DNA of 32,000 nucleotides from Candidatus Saccharimonadota bacterium (GTDB lineage: Bacteria > Patescibacteriota > Saccharimonadia > Saccharimonadales > UBA4665): positions 420,001-452,000 of the forward strand of contig OY970322.1 in assembly GCA_963716945.1 (NCBI GenBank), read 5' to 3'. The notes below the pieces were generated by a model. It searched no databases and had not been told where the DNA came from. It saw nothing but the letters and a program-made list of their open reading frames with translations. Within the stretch, counting starts at the first letter, position 1; each line of letters begins with the position of its first letter. Below are positions 31,526 to 32,000 of this stretch, one piece after another. The translations under genes were made by a program, and so were the position numbers.

Positions 31526-32000
31526 ACCGACCAGCGGCATTGCCCACTTTTTGCACCTAGGTTTAGTCCTGGTGCTGCCGTTATTGGTGTTCGTGCTGGT
31601 AAATTTGAACTTCGTTCAGCTTGCTCTCAGCATAATCGTATTAAGTAAATGGCGTATGTTTGCCGTAAGACCACGATTCTGGGCAGCCAATATCAGGGCT
31701 AACGCCATCGATCTGATGGTCGGCCTGTCGATAGTCTTATTTATGACCCACAGCGGCAGCGTTACGCTGCAGGCGCTTTGGGCGGTCCTATATGGGGTAT
31801 GGCTGGTGGCGATTAAGCCCGGTTCAGGCGTGCCGATGATTACGGCCCAGGCTTTCATCGGCCAGTTCATGGCTTTGTCGGCGCTGTACCTGGCTTGGGC
31901 CGACGGTCCGGTCTACGGCCTGACGCTGCTGAGCGGCCTGTTTTGCTTCCTGGCGGCGCGCCACTTCCTGGACGCTTTTGACGAGCCTTACGCCAAAATG
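31494..32000 (+). CDS. Integral membrane protein, 5' part only (runs off the window)
   Basis: This frame is open from the stop at 31485-31487 to the window end and is absent from the track because it has no stop. ATG 31494 overlaps the LCP 3' end by 32 nt. It has four or more hydrophobic segments (LGLVLVLPLLVFVLV, LMVGLSIVLF, LWAVLYGVWLVAI, FMALSALYLAW). Confidence 0.6.
   Translation, partial: MRPTLRLRNLKPTSGIAHFLHLGLVLVLPLLVFVLVNLNFVQLALSIIVLSKWRMFAVRPRFWAANIRANAIDLMVGLSIVLFMTHSGSVTLQALWAVLYGVWLVAIKPGSGVPMITAQAFIGQFMALSALYLAWADGPVYGLTLLSGLFCFLAARHFLDAFDEPYAKM

Noticed and set aside
1-32000. parS sites, CRISPR arrays, tRNA genes, IS elements and transposases
   Set aside because: I scanned by eye for GTTTCACGTGAAAC-like palindromes and found only half-sites inside nrdR (~17466) and parB (~28783). 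I found no regularly spaced direct repeats, no tRNA T-loop GGTTCGAATCC-type motifs, and no transposase or integrase ORFs.

Overview
This is a compact, GC-rich bacterial chromosome segment. The gene content and order, plus a DUF5663-like gene, suggest a CPR/Patescibacteria (Saccharibacteria-like) genome; that is inference only, since no search was possible. The window opens with the 3' end of an rRNA operon: the 23S 3' end, a ~230-bp structured spacer, 5S and a terminator. Almost everything after that is core housekeeping: a ROK kinase, rpsA, infB, fmt, def, priA, rpsU, a GatB/YqeY protein, adk, map, ftsA, ftsZ, nrdR-nrdJ, ileS, rplU, parA, parB, lepB and an LCP-family protein. Wedged between these conserved genes are several single- or two-gene islets with visibly different codon usage (A/T- or G-ending codons instead of the C-ending codons of the core genes) and no recognisable family. 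They are a putative lipoprotein (8321-9058), a membrane protein transcribed antisense between ftsA and ftsZ (14766-15434), a two-gene operon (20798-21495), and a 259-aa protein separating parA from a convergently oriented parB (27376-28155). The best candidate for something undescribed is the two-gene operon at 20798-21495 (- strand). It is preceded by a ~160-nt leader with a near-consensus promoter, an intrinsic terminator abutting the SD/ATG, a perfect 11-bp antiterminator, further mutually exclusive helices and a 26-codon Leu-rich uORF. I could not match this leader to any riboswitch class from memory. Other notable items are a T-box leader upstream of ileS, tandem NrdR boxes over the nrdR-nrdJ promoter, a ~970-bp gene-free structured region between rplU and parA, a 28-bp inverted repeat at the ftsZ 3' end, and many -10 boxes placed 6-9 nt from start codons (leaderless mRNAs). 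All calls rest on reading the sequence and remembered family motifs. No database or folding program was run.
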